From Lama guanicoe (taxonomy: Eukaryota), in the NCBI GenBank assembly GCA_013239625.1, contig MU054338.1, forward strand, positions 5,680,724 to 5,744,723: DNA of 64,000 nt, given 5' to 3'. Within the stretch, counting starts at the first letter, position 1, and each line of letters starts with the position of its first letter. The translations under genes were made by a program, and so were the position numbers. This document shows positions 36,522-50,300 of this stretch, piece by piece. The notes below the pieces were generated by a model. It ran no database searches. It saw only the letters and a list, made by a program, of their open reading frames with translations, and was not told where the DNA came from.

Positions 36522-36980
36522 GTGAGCACTAGGTGGATATGGGGAATAGTCTTTGAGTATTACATCAGGAAATGCCAGTCGGGGAACTTTGTAAAATGTC
36601 CTTTTTTCTGACAGAGACAGTCAAGAACATTTGGTGTGAGCTTCCTTGTGCACCTTCTTTCTTTCCTTTTAAAGTTTATGTTTAATATCTCATACTTTAG
36701 TTTGGACTCGGAGAAAAAAATTGACATGTCTCTTTTCCTTTTTAAATATAAGTCTCATACGAGTTATTTATCCAGTCCCTTCCTACTTTGCCTTCCTGAT
36801 ACTTCTTCCTTTTGTAAATTTCTGATCAATCTTAATCCTTTTAGAATCCTTTTCTAATACCTATAATTGCCTACGCATGCCTCTTTCATTGCAAACCTCC
36901 TCAAAAACCCTAATCCCTCGTGTGTGCATCTTAGTATTTATTTTCTCCACCAACTTAAATTTCTTTTCAATTTGTTTCAG

Positions 36981-37063
36981 ATTTGGAGACTGTACTTAAA
37001 GCCAAATGGTTAACTCCTAAGAAGCATGCTTTTAGAAAAGGACATTCTAATGGTGTAAAAGTG
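36981..37063 (+). CDS. ZNF558: ZNF558 spacer exon
   Basis: 83 bp; DLETVLKAKWLTPKKHAFRKGHSNGVKV; tttgtttcAG acceptor and GTAAGA donor. Confidence 0.9.
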
Positions 37064-37551
37064 GTAAGACTAACATGGGTGATTTCTGGTTTTTCACAGT
37101 AGGAGAATTCCGTATGTTAGAAAAGCTACGAAATAAATAGGAAAGTAATTAAAGGGAAATGTCATATACACATGAGATAATGGTGTCTCAGGAGAGATAA
37201 CTAAACCAGTTGTACATTTGGCGAAAACTGTAAGTTAGCTCCAGACTTGTTTCTTTGCTGAGAGTTTCCACAAGTAATTATTTCTTTAAGTGTGACTGTC
37301 AAAACATGAAGTGTTCTTAAACTTATCAGAAAATGCTCTGTGAATGTGATCAGGACTTGTGGCAGTGCATCTATCTTCTTTAACTTTTAAGAGCTCAAAT
37401 AGGGCAGAAGCCATATAACAAGCATTTAAAATAGATGGCCAAAACATCAGTTATAATAATATAACAGAACTCTTGGGAGAGAGAATTTGTGTAGCAGCAT
37501 TGTGTATTTTTAAAATATGATAAATTTTAGCTTTCATTCATCTCTTAACAG

Positions 37552-38334
37552 GAGAGAAGTCATCTTGGAGTGAAACTCAATGAATGTAATCAGTGTTTTA
37601 AAGTCTTCAGCACAAAATCTAACCTTACTCAGCACAAAAGGATTCATACTGGAGAAAAACCCTACGACTGTAATCAATGTGGAAAATCCTTCAGCAGTAG
37701 ATCTTACCTTACTATTCATAAGAGAATACACAATGGAGAGAAACCCTATGAATGCAATGACTGTGGGAAGGCCTTCAACGACCCCTCATCCCTTAGACTG
37801 CATGTGAGAATTCACACTGGAGAAAAGCCCTATGAATGTAACCAATGTTTTCACGTTTTCCGCACCAGTTGTAACCTCAAAAGCCACAAGAGAATTCATA
37901 CGAGGGAGAATCACCATGAATGTAATCAGTGTGGCAAGGCCTTCAGCACGAGGTCCTCCCTTACTGGGCACAACAGTATCCATACAGGGGAGAAACCTTA
38001 CGAGTGCAACGATTGTGGGAAAACCTTTCGGAAGAGCTCCTATCTGACGCAGCACATGAGAACTCATACTGGAGAAAAACCTTATGAGTGTAACCAGTGT
38101 GGGAAATCCTTCAGCAGTAGCTTTTCTCTTACTGTGCACAAGCGAATTCACACCGGGGAGAAACCCTACGAATGTAGTAACTGTGGGAAAGCATTTAATA
38201 ATCTGTCAGCTGTTAAGAAACACGTGAGAACTCACACTGGAGAAAAGCCCTATGAGTGTAATCATTGTGGAAAATCTTTCACCACTAACTCGTACCTCTC
38301 TGTGCACAAGAGAACCCACAATAGGTGGATATGA
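37552..38334 (+). CDS. ZNF558: ZNF558 zinc-finger exon (9 C2H2 fingers); spliced CDS totals 402 aa
   Basis: [28 protein letters not shown]...HNRWI*. Exons sum to 1209 nt in frame; finger sequences and the NRWI end match recalled human ZNF558. Confidence 0.96.
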   Translation, partial: ERSHLGVKLNECNQCFKVFSTKSNLTQHKRIHTGEKPYDCNQCGKSFSSRSYLTIHKRIHNGEKPYECNDCGKAFNDPSSLRLHVRIHTGEKPYECNQCFHVFRTSCNLKSHKRIHTRENHHECNQCGKAFSTRSSLTGHNSIHTGEKPYECNDCGKTFRKSSYLTQHMRTHTGEKPYECNQCGKSFSSSFSLTVHKRIHTGEKPYECSNCGKAFNNLSAVKKHVRTHTGEKPYECNHCGKSFTTNSYLSVHKRTHNRWI

Positions 38335-38384
38335 CTGTGGTAACTGGAAAGCGTTCACTGATTGCTTAGCTCTCAGACAACTTG

Positions 38385-38906
38385 TTATCTGAGTTACGTG
38401 TGGCTGCGTGGCAGATTTCCATTCAAAACATAGTGGCTTTACGCAACGAACATTTCTTAGCTGAAGGTCAGGAATTCGGAAGCAGCTTAGCTGTGCAGTT
38501 CTGGTTCAGGATCTCATGACGTTGTAGTCAGGATGTCAAAAGGAGCTACAGTCATTTGGGTCTTTACTGCTGAAGAGTCCACTTCCGAGATGGCTCACGC
38601 ATGTGCCTGGCAAGTCAGTGCCGGTTGTGGGCGGGGAACCTTCATTTTCTCGCTGTCTAGGACTCTCCACCGGGCTGAGTATCTTCATGATGTAGAAGCA
38701 GGCTCCTCCCAAAGCATCTAATTTAAAGAAGAGCTAATGCAGAAGCCACATTGTCTTTTATGACCCAGCCTCAGAAGCACGTGCTGTCACTTCTTCCGTA
38801 TGGTGTTGGTCATGCAGACCAGTCCTGAGACCTTGTGGGATGAGGCCATGCATAGTGTGAGTACCAGGAGACAGATTGTTGGGAACCGTCTGAGAAGGTT
38901 GCCATG
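38385..38906 (-). mobile_element. Old MLT1-type LTR in the ZNF558 3'UTR
   Basis: aaaacatagtggcttta...ggtcaggaattcggaagcagcttagctg...gtctttta tgacccagcctcagaag...gtcacttcttcc. Confidence 0.7.
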
Positions 38907-39808
38907 AAAGCACTGAAGAAAGGCCTTCAGGAGACCCCCCATTCTTTCAGTCTATTCAATGTGGAGTAATATTCAGTAACTCCTGTGTTAATTCACTCGT
39001 GAGAGAAATCTCTGGAGTCCAATCTTGGTGATAAGCTTTCAGCTCAGACTCACCATAATGTGCACAGAGGATTACGTATTGGGGAATAGCAGTGATGGTA
39101 TCTAGGGAGCTGTGTGACAGCTCACACTAAGGGGGAAATCCTGTGAGTATCATCAGAATGTAAATGCCGTCAGGGCACTCACCCCTTAGAACACACATGA
39201 GGAATCTCTGCAGAGGAACACGTATATGAGGAACATGGAAAACCCTGTAGCACCAGCACTTACATTACTGAGCAGAAGGTGAAGAGACTCCGGGGCAGTT
39301 GCTGGGAAAGCCTTCAGTGTTCTCTCAGTTGGTAAGAGCCAATGAGGATTTATTCTGGTGAGAAAGTCCCACTGAATGTCGTCAGCATTGGCACACCTTC
39401 CATTTCCCCCACAATCCTTAAACTGTGAGAACTCACTGCAGAGGAACTTGTGAGTATAAAGAACAAGAGAAGGCCTTTCGTTGTACCTCTTACCTTAGGA
39501 ACAGTATGAAATCCCTGGATGCGAAACCTGTGAGGGGATTAATTTTGGAAAAGCTTTCGGTGAGTCCTGTCTTGGTTAACCTGCGAGAAGTCCCATGGAA
39601 GGGGAACCTTGGGACTGTCCTTAACATGGGGAGGTCTCAGCTCTTCTCTGAGTGGCTGCAGAGTATTTTAAACTGGGAATGAAAAGTGTAAATGTTACAA
39701 GTGTGGGGTTACCTTTATCAGTATCTCATTCTTAGAGTGGGGGACTAGCTTATTAATTTTCAGTCTTTTGCTGACATATAAAGATTTGTGTCTATAGCGC
39801 TACACTAA

Positions 39809-39814
39809 AATAAA
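39809..39814 (+). terminator. Candidate ZNF558 poly(A) signal AATAAA
   Basis: First AATAAA I noticed after the fossil-finger 3'UTR, followed by U/GU-rich sequence. Confidence 0.55.
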
Positions 39815-40974
39815 CCTTAAATTATGTTCCATAGTTTTGTATGTAAGATGTTTATTATCATTTACTCTAAAAATATTGATACATTGCATATTCATTATTT
39901 CTGAATATCGCAGATTGATTTAATTAATTATAGTGAAAATTAGACTATATTTGCTATCTGCCTTTTTCTGATTTAATGGCATATCTATCAAGTAAGTGGA
40001 CCTTATTTTTTTTTTTAATCTTTCTGTGCTAGTATGGTGGTTACTTTTAGCTTCTTTCTCAATGTCCATTCTCCCCTATTTATTTTCTTAAAAAAGGAAA
40101 ACAGTTTTTCCAAGTTGTGGATGAGCAGTATTGAAAATACTCAGCCTCAGAGGCATCCCTGAAGCCCAGAGAGGCCTTGTCCGACTCTGTTGGCAGGAGA
40201 AGCAGGTAGAAGTAACTGGGGAAGACATCGTCTGGCTTGTTAGCCTCACCCAGTTCCTGTTCATCTTCCCTATTCCTTCTCTTGAACATAAACTCAAGGC
40301 CTAGATTTGGAAGAGCTTTATTTCAATCATGATGACAAAAACCCCAGTGTGGCAAAAATGACAGTGGTCTGGGCTCTCTAAGAGATGGGCTCTGTCAGCT
40401 GTGGACTGCTGATTCCTAGACTTCTTCCATGATTAGAAGCAACCTCTTAACTGGTGAAAACACCAGTGACTTTTTTGTGGGGAGTGAGGTTTTTGAGGTG
40501 GTGTTCTGTTAATGTCCAGCTGAATGTAATATTATTAGTTGGTCAGACTTTATGAATGCTCCAGGTTTTTTTTTTTTAAACAATGTGTATTTTCTAATTT
40601 TTGGATATAGAGTATATTCCCATTAACTCAAGCTAATTGTGTTTTCAGATACAGTGTGTACGTTAAGGGCTTTTTCCTCTCAAACTGAATTTGATGTGTA
40701 TTAAAGTCTTCCACCGTGGTTATGGACTAACCGACTCTTTTTGGTAATTCTGTCATTTTTTCTGTATGTGTTTTTTTTTTTACCTTTTTTAAATTGAAGT
40801 ACAGTCAGTTTACAGTGTTGTGTCAGTTTCTGCTGTACAGCACAATGCTTCAGTCATACTCTATGTGTTTTGATATAATGTAAATACACACATGGTTAGG
40901 TATTGTCTTGTGAATTGTTCTTTTTTTTTTTAAATTAGGGGCCATATTTTCTCATAGCAAAGTATTTCAATACA

Positions 40975-41900
40975 ATAATAAATGGTCAAACATTTATATA
41001 GCCCTTCCCAAAGACTAGGCACTCTTAAATGCCTTATGGATATTAACTTATCGAGTACTTGATATAAGTTTAAGAAAAGTTATTATCCCATTTTGCAGAT
41101 GAGGAAACTGGTGTGGTACACGTATATTACTTGCCTGAGTTCACTGGCTAGTAAATGGTAGAGCCCAGATTTGAATCCAGACAGTCTATGCTCTTAACTA
41201 CTAACCTATTTATTGAGTATATTCTGTATGTCAGGCTCTGTTTGAGACACTATACTCATCTATAGCAATGAGTGAAACTCAAGGTTTGCCACACTTAACA
41301 TCCTTATGACTTTTTCTATAGGAAAATCAAGAAAATGTGTTGTTACAAGCATAATGCAGAACACTGAAGCAGCATAAGATAGTTACAGGGGCCTGGGGTC
41401 TTCCTGTCTTGTGTAGAATAGGAAGGAAAAGCCGCTTAGTTAAGGGGCACTTGAATAGAGCTCTTAATGGGTTGGGACAGTGAGTCAAGTGAATCTGTGT
41501 GACAGGAGCAGTCTTGGCGTGTAGAGGTCCGCAGCATGGAGTGCAGTGTCAATGGAGTTGAACGAGTTGGGGATGGAAGTTATTTGGCCTCAACGTGAGA
41601 CGCCTGTGAAAGGCCGCCCCAACTCCAGAACTCCCGCTGGGATCAGGGATAGTCTTCATTTTTAACTTACCACAGCTCAATCTCTTATTCTGCTCAATCT
41701 TGGTTCTCTCCTTTAGAGTTAGTTATCTCAGGCAAGTGACAAACTTTTCATGCCAGAGTTTCTTCATCTATAAAATGGGAACAATAAGAGTGCCAACTTT
41801 GTAGACTTGTATTAAGGATTCAATTCATTAACATATGTAAAGCACTTATGAAGCTCCCTGGTATTCAGGAAACATTGTATACTTATTTCATCTTTTATTA
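40975..41900. mobile_element. MIR and L2 fragments
   Basis: attatcccattttgcagatgaggaaactg and ggcaagtgac...tttcttcatctataaaatggg are MIR cores; the sequence between them is L2-like. Confidence 0.7.
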
Positions 41901-41919
41901 TGAATTAATTGAAATTCAC

Positions 41920-43950
41920 AATAGGATTATACTGAGCAAAATAAGCCACACTCAAAAGAGTAAATACTGTACAATTGCATTTGTATGAATTTCAAGAACA
42001 AGCAAAAATAATCTGATAGGAAAATAATCAGACCAGTGGTTGCATCTAAGCATCAGGCTGTGGGGGAGGAGGTGCGGGAAGAGCAGGGGTTGACTGAAGG
42101 GACAGGAGGAAACTTCTTGGGGTGAGGAGAATGTTCTGTATCTTGGTAGGAGTATAGGTTACACAGGTATCTGCCTTTTTCGAAGTGCACTGAACTGTAC
42201 CCCGAGATCTGTATGTTGCACTGTATGTAACATACCTAAATTTAAATCAGATTCGCTTTGCCAAGTGAAAGAAGCCAGAGACAAGAAGCCATTTATTGTA
42301 TAATTCTATTGTATGGCATCCTGGAAAAGGCAAAACTCGAGGGAAGGACAACAAAGCAGTAGTTCCCAGGGGCAGGGAGTGAGAGAGGGCGATGAGTGCA
42401 AAGGGGCAGAACAAAGGAGTCTGAGAGTGATGATATTGTTCTATCCCGACTGTGTTGATGTCTGTGTGTGTGTCACGTTCAGTCGTGACTATGTTGATGG
42501 ATACACAACTCTAGCATTTGCCAAACCTATAGAATAGAACCTCCACAAGAGTGAATATTACTGTTTAAAAACCTAATCTCTACAGGAAGGTAATTAAGAG
42601 CTGCTACAAAGGATTATTCACAAGACCCAGCACACAAGAAACGAGTACCAGCCATGCAAAGCAGCAGGAAAAAGTTCTCAACTATAAGTATATAAATCAA
42701 TAGAAGCCAACCCAGAGACAATGCAGATATTGGGAGTTGCCTAGACAAGGACCCCAAATAACTAGGAATCATAGGTTAAAGAAAATGGAGGAAACATGGG
42801 CAAATTGTAGAAAATGAAAGACAAGTTGCAGATCTTGCAGGCAACCAAACAAAAAGAACACTGCTCTCAAAAGAGCATCAGTAAGACTGATAATATCTCA
42901 GAAGAAACTGTGGAAGCGAGAAGGCCATGAATGACATTTGACATCTAAAGGGTTGAATGGAGGGCAGGGAACCCACCAATCTAAAATCTGTGACCTAAGA
43001 AAAATATTCTTTGAAACTGAAGACAAATGAAAGATGTGTTCCAACAGGAGGTTAATAAGATGAAAGCTGAAAGAATGAATCGGTGGCAGAACTATACTTC
43101 AGGCAACACTAATGAGTGTCAGGCTGAAGAAAAATGATTCCATGTGAGACACAACTTGAGGAATGATCATCAGCAAGAAACAGAACGTAAGTAAGGATAA
43201 TGGATATTGGCTGTATTAAACAACCCTGTATGGTTTCACAACTTTTATGTCAGGAAGGGTGAATCCACTCTTCCTTCCTGAGCTGAGAAATCTATCTTTT
43301 CCTGCTCTTGGACAACAGATCTCTTGGTTTTCAGGCCATCAGATTGGACTCAGTTACACCACCAGGTTTTCTGGTTCTCCAGCTTGGAGATGGCAGTTAC
43401 CGGGATTTCTCCATCTCATAACCCTATAAACCAATACCTATAATAAACTTCCAGATATATATGAAAAGTTCTGGTGAACGTAAGAGATTTATGTATGAAA
43501 TGGATCGTTGTGACTAAAAACGTGTCATTGAATGATGTGGAGAAAGGATTTGGAATCCTAAGCTGTAACTGCTAATTTATTACAGGAGATCACTCAAGAG
43601 ATGACATTTTGCATTTAAGTGTAGCTAGCAGATGGATTTTAAAACTTTCAGAAAGTAGTTTTAGTGTTTGAATAGTTTATTCTGTAAACTGGATATTATA
43701 TAAACCAGATGACCATAATTAACACTGCTGGATGATATAAATGAAAGATGTTAAGGGAATAAATCCTAAGAATTCTCATCACAAGAAAAAAAAAACCCTT
43801 TTTTTCTTGCTAACTATATGAGATGGATGTTAAATAATGTTAATGTCAAAATTTTATAACATGTAAGTCATATCATTAATATACACACTTCAAACCTTGA
43901 TAATCTCATAAAACTAGAAAAATCTTTACTTCAAAATTAAAAAATTAAAG
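41920..43950 (+). mobile_element. Cluster of old L1 fragments (3'UTRs, ORF1 remnant) with an MLT2 piece at about 43245-43460
   Basis: aagtgaaagaagccag...attctattgtatggcatcctggaaaaggcaaaact; cagaagaaactgtggaagcgagaaggccatg; ggttctccagcttggagatggcag. Confidence 0.6.
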
Positions 43951-44214
43951 TGCCACAAGTTGTCAGTGAAAGAGGACAACTGTTTTTCCCTTAAATTATT
44001 TTATTAAGTCTTCGGTATACAGCAGCTTCGTAACTCTACACACTTCTACCTCAGCACTGCTGTCACTGCATCCCACAAATTTTGATGTTATAATTTCATT
44101 TTATCTTTGTTGAATTATTTTAAATTTCTCTTCAGACTTATCCTTTGATGCATGTTTTATGTAGAAGTGTTTGGTTAAATCTTTAAGATTTGGGTTTTTT
44201 TCCAGCCATCTTTC

Positions 44215-47200
44215 TATTACTATTATTTATTCTCAAGCAACTTATTTATAAAATTTATGTGTTCTTACATTTTACTGGTTCGAGTGGCTTCTGTTCCAGG
44301 TTTGTTACACAAAGGCAGTTTTTAGGCAAGTAAGTGTAAGCAGGTTCAGATGGTTGGAGCAAAGAGGAGAGAGAGCAGTTTGGGCCTTTAATGTGTCAAG
44401 GGGTTGAGAGTTCAGGTTTTCAAAGTTTGACCTTGCTACCCACTGGCACAAAAGGAAAAGGGGCCTGTGCCTATGTTTATAACTTAGTTGCAGACTGGGC
44501 AGGGTGAGTGGGTGCCTAAAGCCAGGTTAACAGTCAGACATCAAAAATGGAGTCAGTGTCTTTATTGAAATTCACTCCTGATAATTGTTGACTGAATTAT
44601 GCCACATCTCACAAGAATTTGAGTAGCCATGTGAAAAGCACAAGCAACATGTTGTAATTAAGATGAGGAAGCCGTGAAAAAGCATTCAGATCTAGTCATC
44701 CTAGGGTGTTGGAGTGATCAGGGAAGATACGTCAGTGGGGTTCCAGAACTCAGTTCAGTTACTTTAGTAATGTTATTGGTTATTTTCATCTGTTGTCTCA
44801 TTTGTTGAGTTATTGGTGGCACTTTGCCATGCTGTCTACCCCCACGTGTACCAAGCAATCCTTTAAGGGAACAGAATTCTCCCAGGCTGGCCAGTAAATA
44901 GTCTAAAGCCAAGCCGTCATCAGCCACCATGGCTGCCGGGGAGTTCCCCTTCCTGGGAAGCCACTAAAACGTTACCTGCCTGCTGCGTGTATTCAGAATG
45001 TTTCGGCCATTTCTTGATTGGAATCGGAGGTGTGAGTTTGTTGAATGGCATCACGTGAGCCCTGGGCAGTGCCAGTGACTCCCATGACAAGGAGTCCAAC
45101 TGGGGGGAACCAGCACTTTTGTATTGGGAAGGGCCAGGGGGTGTTTGGAAGGATGGTGCCCTGGATGACATACTGACATCCAGAGTACAGAGTCTAGGTG
45201 GTGGCAGGAGGAATGCCTCGGGGTGGGCTATGAGAGTGTTTGCTCCCTGGACACTCTTAAAATAAACAGATGGCCTGTGAGAATGACCATTCAACAGAAA
45301 TGTCTGGTATAGAAGAGTCTTTATTTATAAGGTGCCGGGAAGCCTGAGGATCAGGACAGCGTAAGGGGTCCCATACACTGAGGCTGAGGGTCTAATGACT
45401 GCCTCAAACAGCAGGAAGACTCATTTAGAAGTTAGCACAGTTTGTCTAAGGAAGCCAGAGTTGGCCTCCATGAAGGGTATAGCCGGGGGTCATAAGGGGT
45501 AGAAGTCCCACTGGATCCTTTTTTTCTAGAGCCCAGTGTCGAGGGGTTTTTGAGAAGTTGAGTATAGGTCACATCAGTGCCTTGGTGAGCCCTCGGGTTT
45601 TGGCTCCATAAGCGGCGTGTCTAATACAAGTGAGTAACAAGTCTATGTTTGTATACACCCTGGTCAGAGCATAGCAAGTAGCCCTGCCGAGGGGCCAAGG
45701 GACCCTGTAGGACTGTTTTCCATCAGCTGCAGGGGCCCCTTACTCAGCCTGGGAATTCTGTCCATCGGTTGTACCGCCGGTGGCACTTTTTCCTTTACCA
45801 GGTAAACTAGTCGGTCACTAAGTTAGCCATGGCAGAGGAGCGGGGTCCCCTGCATTCTGCCTAGAGTTTTAGGGTAGAGGTCTCTCAAGGGTTTCATATT
45901 TCATGGGCTGACAGGGCCAAGGTTATTACCATCAGGTCTGCGTTGGCTCAGAAATGAGTTTATTAATCACCTTGAGCATACTGACATATGCCTCTGCACT
46001 TTGAGGTTTCACGTGTGCTGAACTTGACTGGGTAATTGTGAGGCAAGATATCCGCAGAGCTCCTTATTCCAAAGGGAGGGCTAAGGTGCTAAATAAAGAG
46101 TTCTTGTCTCTGTTGGTGGGACTGGACAGCAAGGTCACTGGCAATGGCCAGGAGACCCGGGAAGGTCCACAGGTGACTCTGACTCTTGGCCAGGGCATCC
46201 TGTAGTGCTGGCACGCTCGCTGGAATTTGACTGACAGAGCTGATGCTTGGGTGCAGCCTTTGATCAGCGACAGGGATGTCCTGTTTGATCTGGGGACAGA
46301 ACTTGGCATCTCTCCAACAGACTCCCATCAGCTGTGGTGGCAGCAGCACATGGTCTATAAAGTATATTGACTCTTCCTTCGTGTGATCCCAAGGGACTCC
46401 CCCAAAAGGACAGCGAGTCTAGAAAAGGGTGACCTCCTCCAGAACAATTGTATTACTCAGAAGGCAGAGGAACACACTTCCCCTGTAGCTGGGATAAGCC
46501 AGAGATCCCATTTTTGGCTCTATTCTGTAGGTACTATTATCTTTTCAATAAGGGGGCCTCTGTGATGAAAGAAAAAAAAGCCTGAAGGATCTGGACGTCA
46601 TGATCCAAGGCAAAATGGAAAGGAGGAGCCAAGGCTACACTGGCTCAGCCCAGGGTCTGTGAGAACCTCGGTTTCCAGAAAGACTGTGTCTGTTGCCAGC
46701 AGTGGCTGCTCTCATTGTGTTTGGCACCAGGCTGAGAAAGGTTCTTGCACCAGAATGCCCTGGTTTATAAATGGCCATCATGAGTGGTTTAGAGACTGAA
46801 GGCAGGAGGCAGCTGCTAGAGCCCCTGTGGTGTAGGCGTGTGGGGAGGGTGACACTAACGGAGTGCCTGTTACTAGTCAGAGTCTAGATCTTTCTGTTTC
46901 CCCGAAGTTGGTAGATTTTTAAGTATTTTGTAAGTAAGCAAGTAGGGAGGAGTATGGGGCAGCTGGGATTGCTGCAGCTGAGGGCCGCGTACCCATGGCA
47001 TGGGTTCGACCACTGCTTCTTCACCCTCTCAGCTCATGGCCCCCTGGTGTTGCCACAGAGGACTTTTCCAGAGGGGCACAGGTGTGGATTGCTAAAGATG
47101 TTTGCCAGGAGGCAGGCAATGCAGAGGAAACGCAGAGCTGGAAATGGCTTCCAGGTGACCCTGGAAAAGACAGGATGCCGATGCTCATGAATCAGGTGTT

Positions 47201-47300
47201 CCCAGGCAGACCCCCTTGGAGAGACTGGGGGATACACCTTTATGTTTCAGAACCATGTTACTTCCAGAGATCTGACCCAGCAGCCTAACTTAAACTCAAA
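44215..47300 (-). mobile_element. Decayed endogenous retrovirus (LTR-like end, env TM remnant, pol remnant)
   Basis: Minus-strand VADDGLALDYLLASLGEFC (about 44870-44930) resembles an env immunosuppressive domain, and SIYFIDHVLL (about 46340-46370) resembles an RT YIDD motif. An LTR-like segment near 44215-44585 contains aaaatggagtc. Boundaries are approximate. Confidence 0.6.
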
Positions 47301-50300
47301 AGACAGACCTGGGAGCCGTCTCTCCCCACTCCTGCTGTGAGGTGAGGGCAGGTGCAGCCCTAGAGGGCATTTCCCAAATTAAGACAGAATTTCAAGAAAG
47401 GCTTGGTGAGGACTGAGTCCTTCTTCCTGGTCCTGAAGTTCCTCCTAAACAGCGCCACGGGGCGGTGGAAGTAACCACTGCACGTGTAAAATCAAGGTTT
47501 GGCAGAGGTCACCATTCTCTTAGTGACGCGAAAGCATTTTTGTTGTTTGTTTTCTATTAATTAGTTTGAGTATCTATTCATACTATTCTAACCACCAAAA
47601 GATGGCAACAGTCCATCACCTCAAGAGAACACTCCTGTGATGCCCTTTTCTGCCAACGCCTTCACCACCGGCCGAGCTGTTCTAGGTCGCTACGCATGCC
47701 TTTCCAGAATGCACTGTAAATAGAACTTATTGCCGTTTGAGTCACTTATGAAATTTGATGCCATGATTTTGTTTCAAAGTGCCTCATTTCTTGCAGTGAT
47801 CTTCTGCATTTAAAATTTTGACAGTGCTCAGTTAAGTAGGTGGCATACATTAGGCCTTCGAATCTGAAAGATTCCTTTACTGTGAGCTCTGAGTCTGGGT
47901 AGCACCCTGTTCTACCGCGGCTCACCTTCTCGTTTGTAAGGTGGAAGGAATGATCGGCAGGGGCATCCATGGAGAGACTAATCATTATGAAATGACAATG
48001 CTGACAGCGCTAAGAAAATGCAAGTTAGCACTAAAAATGGACAGCATTTGGCTTTCTCTTGCTCTTTAATAAAACTCAGATACTTTTGTATCCTCCTGGG
48101 CCGGAATATGTGCTGGAAGTCCACTCAGCATATGGAAATGATACCTGTGAACAATAAGGTGGGCTGTGGCTTTGTGTGTCATGAAAAAAAAGCTTCCAAT
48201 TACTCCTCTTAGAGAAAGGCATTAAAATGTCCCCATATCTCCTTTTACATTAAATTAGGATATTACTCAAAATGATAGTCACTCTCTGACACTTACCTCA
48301 ATTATTCCTTGGATAATTGCCTTCTACACATCTAGCTCTTTAGTGTTTCCACCAGGAAATCACGGGAGACCTGCATAAATATCACTGTACTCATAAACTC
48401 AGGATGGACTACAACAGTGCAGGGGAACACAGCCTCTTCTCAAACTGGAGGGAACGCCAGGGCTCAGTGGAGTTTATATCGTGTCAGTCAGTATACAAGC
48501 AAAATGAAAATGCCAAATACTGTAAAAGTTGAAATAATTAAAGGAAAATGAAAATCCTTTTAAGTCAGGTTAAACATAGAAAGATGCCACAAATATCCAT
48601 GATCCAAATCACTGGGAAGTCTGAATTCCCAAAACCCCACATCTAAACTCATGATCACATATTGCACATAGAGAACTGCAAAACTGAAGATGCACGATAC
48701 GTGTCTGTGTCTTTACCTTTGTTGGGAATCTACACTGTGACTCAGGGAAAGCAGGAGCGCCTACATTGCTGTCCTCTGTTTACTTCCACACCCACGCAGT
48801 TCCTGTAACGGTGTCAAGGCAGTGGAAATTTAAGGGATCAGTAATGACATCACTCCCTGAGGCTCCTACCCTCATGGAAGATATACACACACTCCCAGCC
48901 CTTTCTCTCCCATGTCACTATTTACTTTCCCTCAAAGCTCTAATTTCCATCTTATAAACCAAAGCTTTAACATGTGTTAACCCATCTCTCTCTTCCCACA
49001 ACAATATGAGCACCAGGACTGCAGCAACTTTTTTGTTTCATGCCTCTGTGTCCAAATCCTAGAGTGCCTTATTTGTTGGGTGTGTGCCGAATCTACGGTG
49101 CCTGGCACATTGAAATGGCATCAAGAGTACAGTCACTGAGCAAGAAATGCTTAATTAGAACAGTGGTCCTATTTTTCTCTCCTGCTACGTTAAGTGTTCT
49201 CTCACAATTTACCTAAACTTATAGCCCTCAGCTGAGTCATAAAGGAGATATTAAAGGTACCATGTATGTTAATAAGAAGTGAATTGTATATTTTCCGTGC
49301 AACACTCTGTGTAAGCAGCGTCCATCCAGTACGCCACAGGAAATAGATCAGTGTTTAGATAATGAGTAGGAAAGGCAAAAGCTATCCCAGGGCACTGGGT
49401 GCTGGCCTTGGGTTGTTTTTTTTTTTATCATGCTGAAGAGGAAAACATCAAACACTTCTATCATCAGACAAAGCTATTCAGTGATCATAATGGATCAAGA
49501 CAAAAATAAGGGTGTTTTGAAACCATAATCTCTAAAAATGGTAAAAGAGATCATTCCAAATCATAAAAATGACCAAGATTCCTCATCTCTTAATATTCAC
49601 AGACTGAAGCTTCTTATGAATCAGATTTAGCCTCCACTGCATTTTGTCTTTCAGAAAACAATTATGATTACCTATGATAGAATTAACTTCACCTTCTCAC
49701 AGCATCAGTACATTTTGCTTCCCTGAATAGCAATCAGCTCATCCAGCAAAAGCCCAAATCATGCAAGTCCTTTTGAGCAGCCTCTTGCTGATAAATCCAG
49801 TCATTTAGGGTTTGCGGGCATTCTTAGTACTGCCTTGCATGGCACCACTCTCACTGGCTGCTGGTGTGATCCTGGTGGGTTCTGGCAACATGACACTGAC
49901 AAAACAAACGAGAAATTCGTTTCAAGACAAAAACTGTTAACTATAAAGGAATAAAAAAATAAAATTTATCTGAGAAAAAAATACCTAGTCATGTATATAC
50001 AAAGTTAATATTGGGTGAGAATGTATAACGATTAACTTGACCAAATTACAAAGCTGATCTGAAAAATCCACAGTTACAGCAGGACATTTTACTACATGTG
50101 CTCAGGAAATTAAAAACAGTATTTGTTAGTATGCAGACTGTATGGAAACAGTTAATGAAGATTTTCTGCAACCACCACGGATTTTACTCAACAAAAATAC
50201 AATTTTTCATCATAAACATAACTGAAAATGTACTGAGGAATTCTGTGCAGCTGTGAGCAATGGGAAACATCCACTACTGGCCTGATGTGAGGAAGGTGCC

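Noticed and set aside
37534..38151. Antisense and shifted ORFs over the ZNF558 finger exon (similarly 51728-53085)
   Set aside because: Common artefact of C2H2 repeat codon structure.
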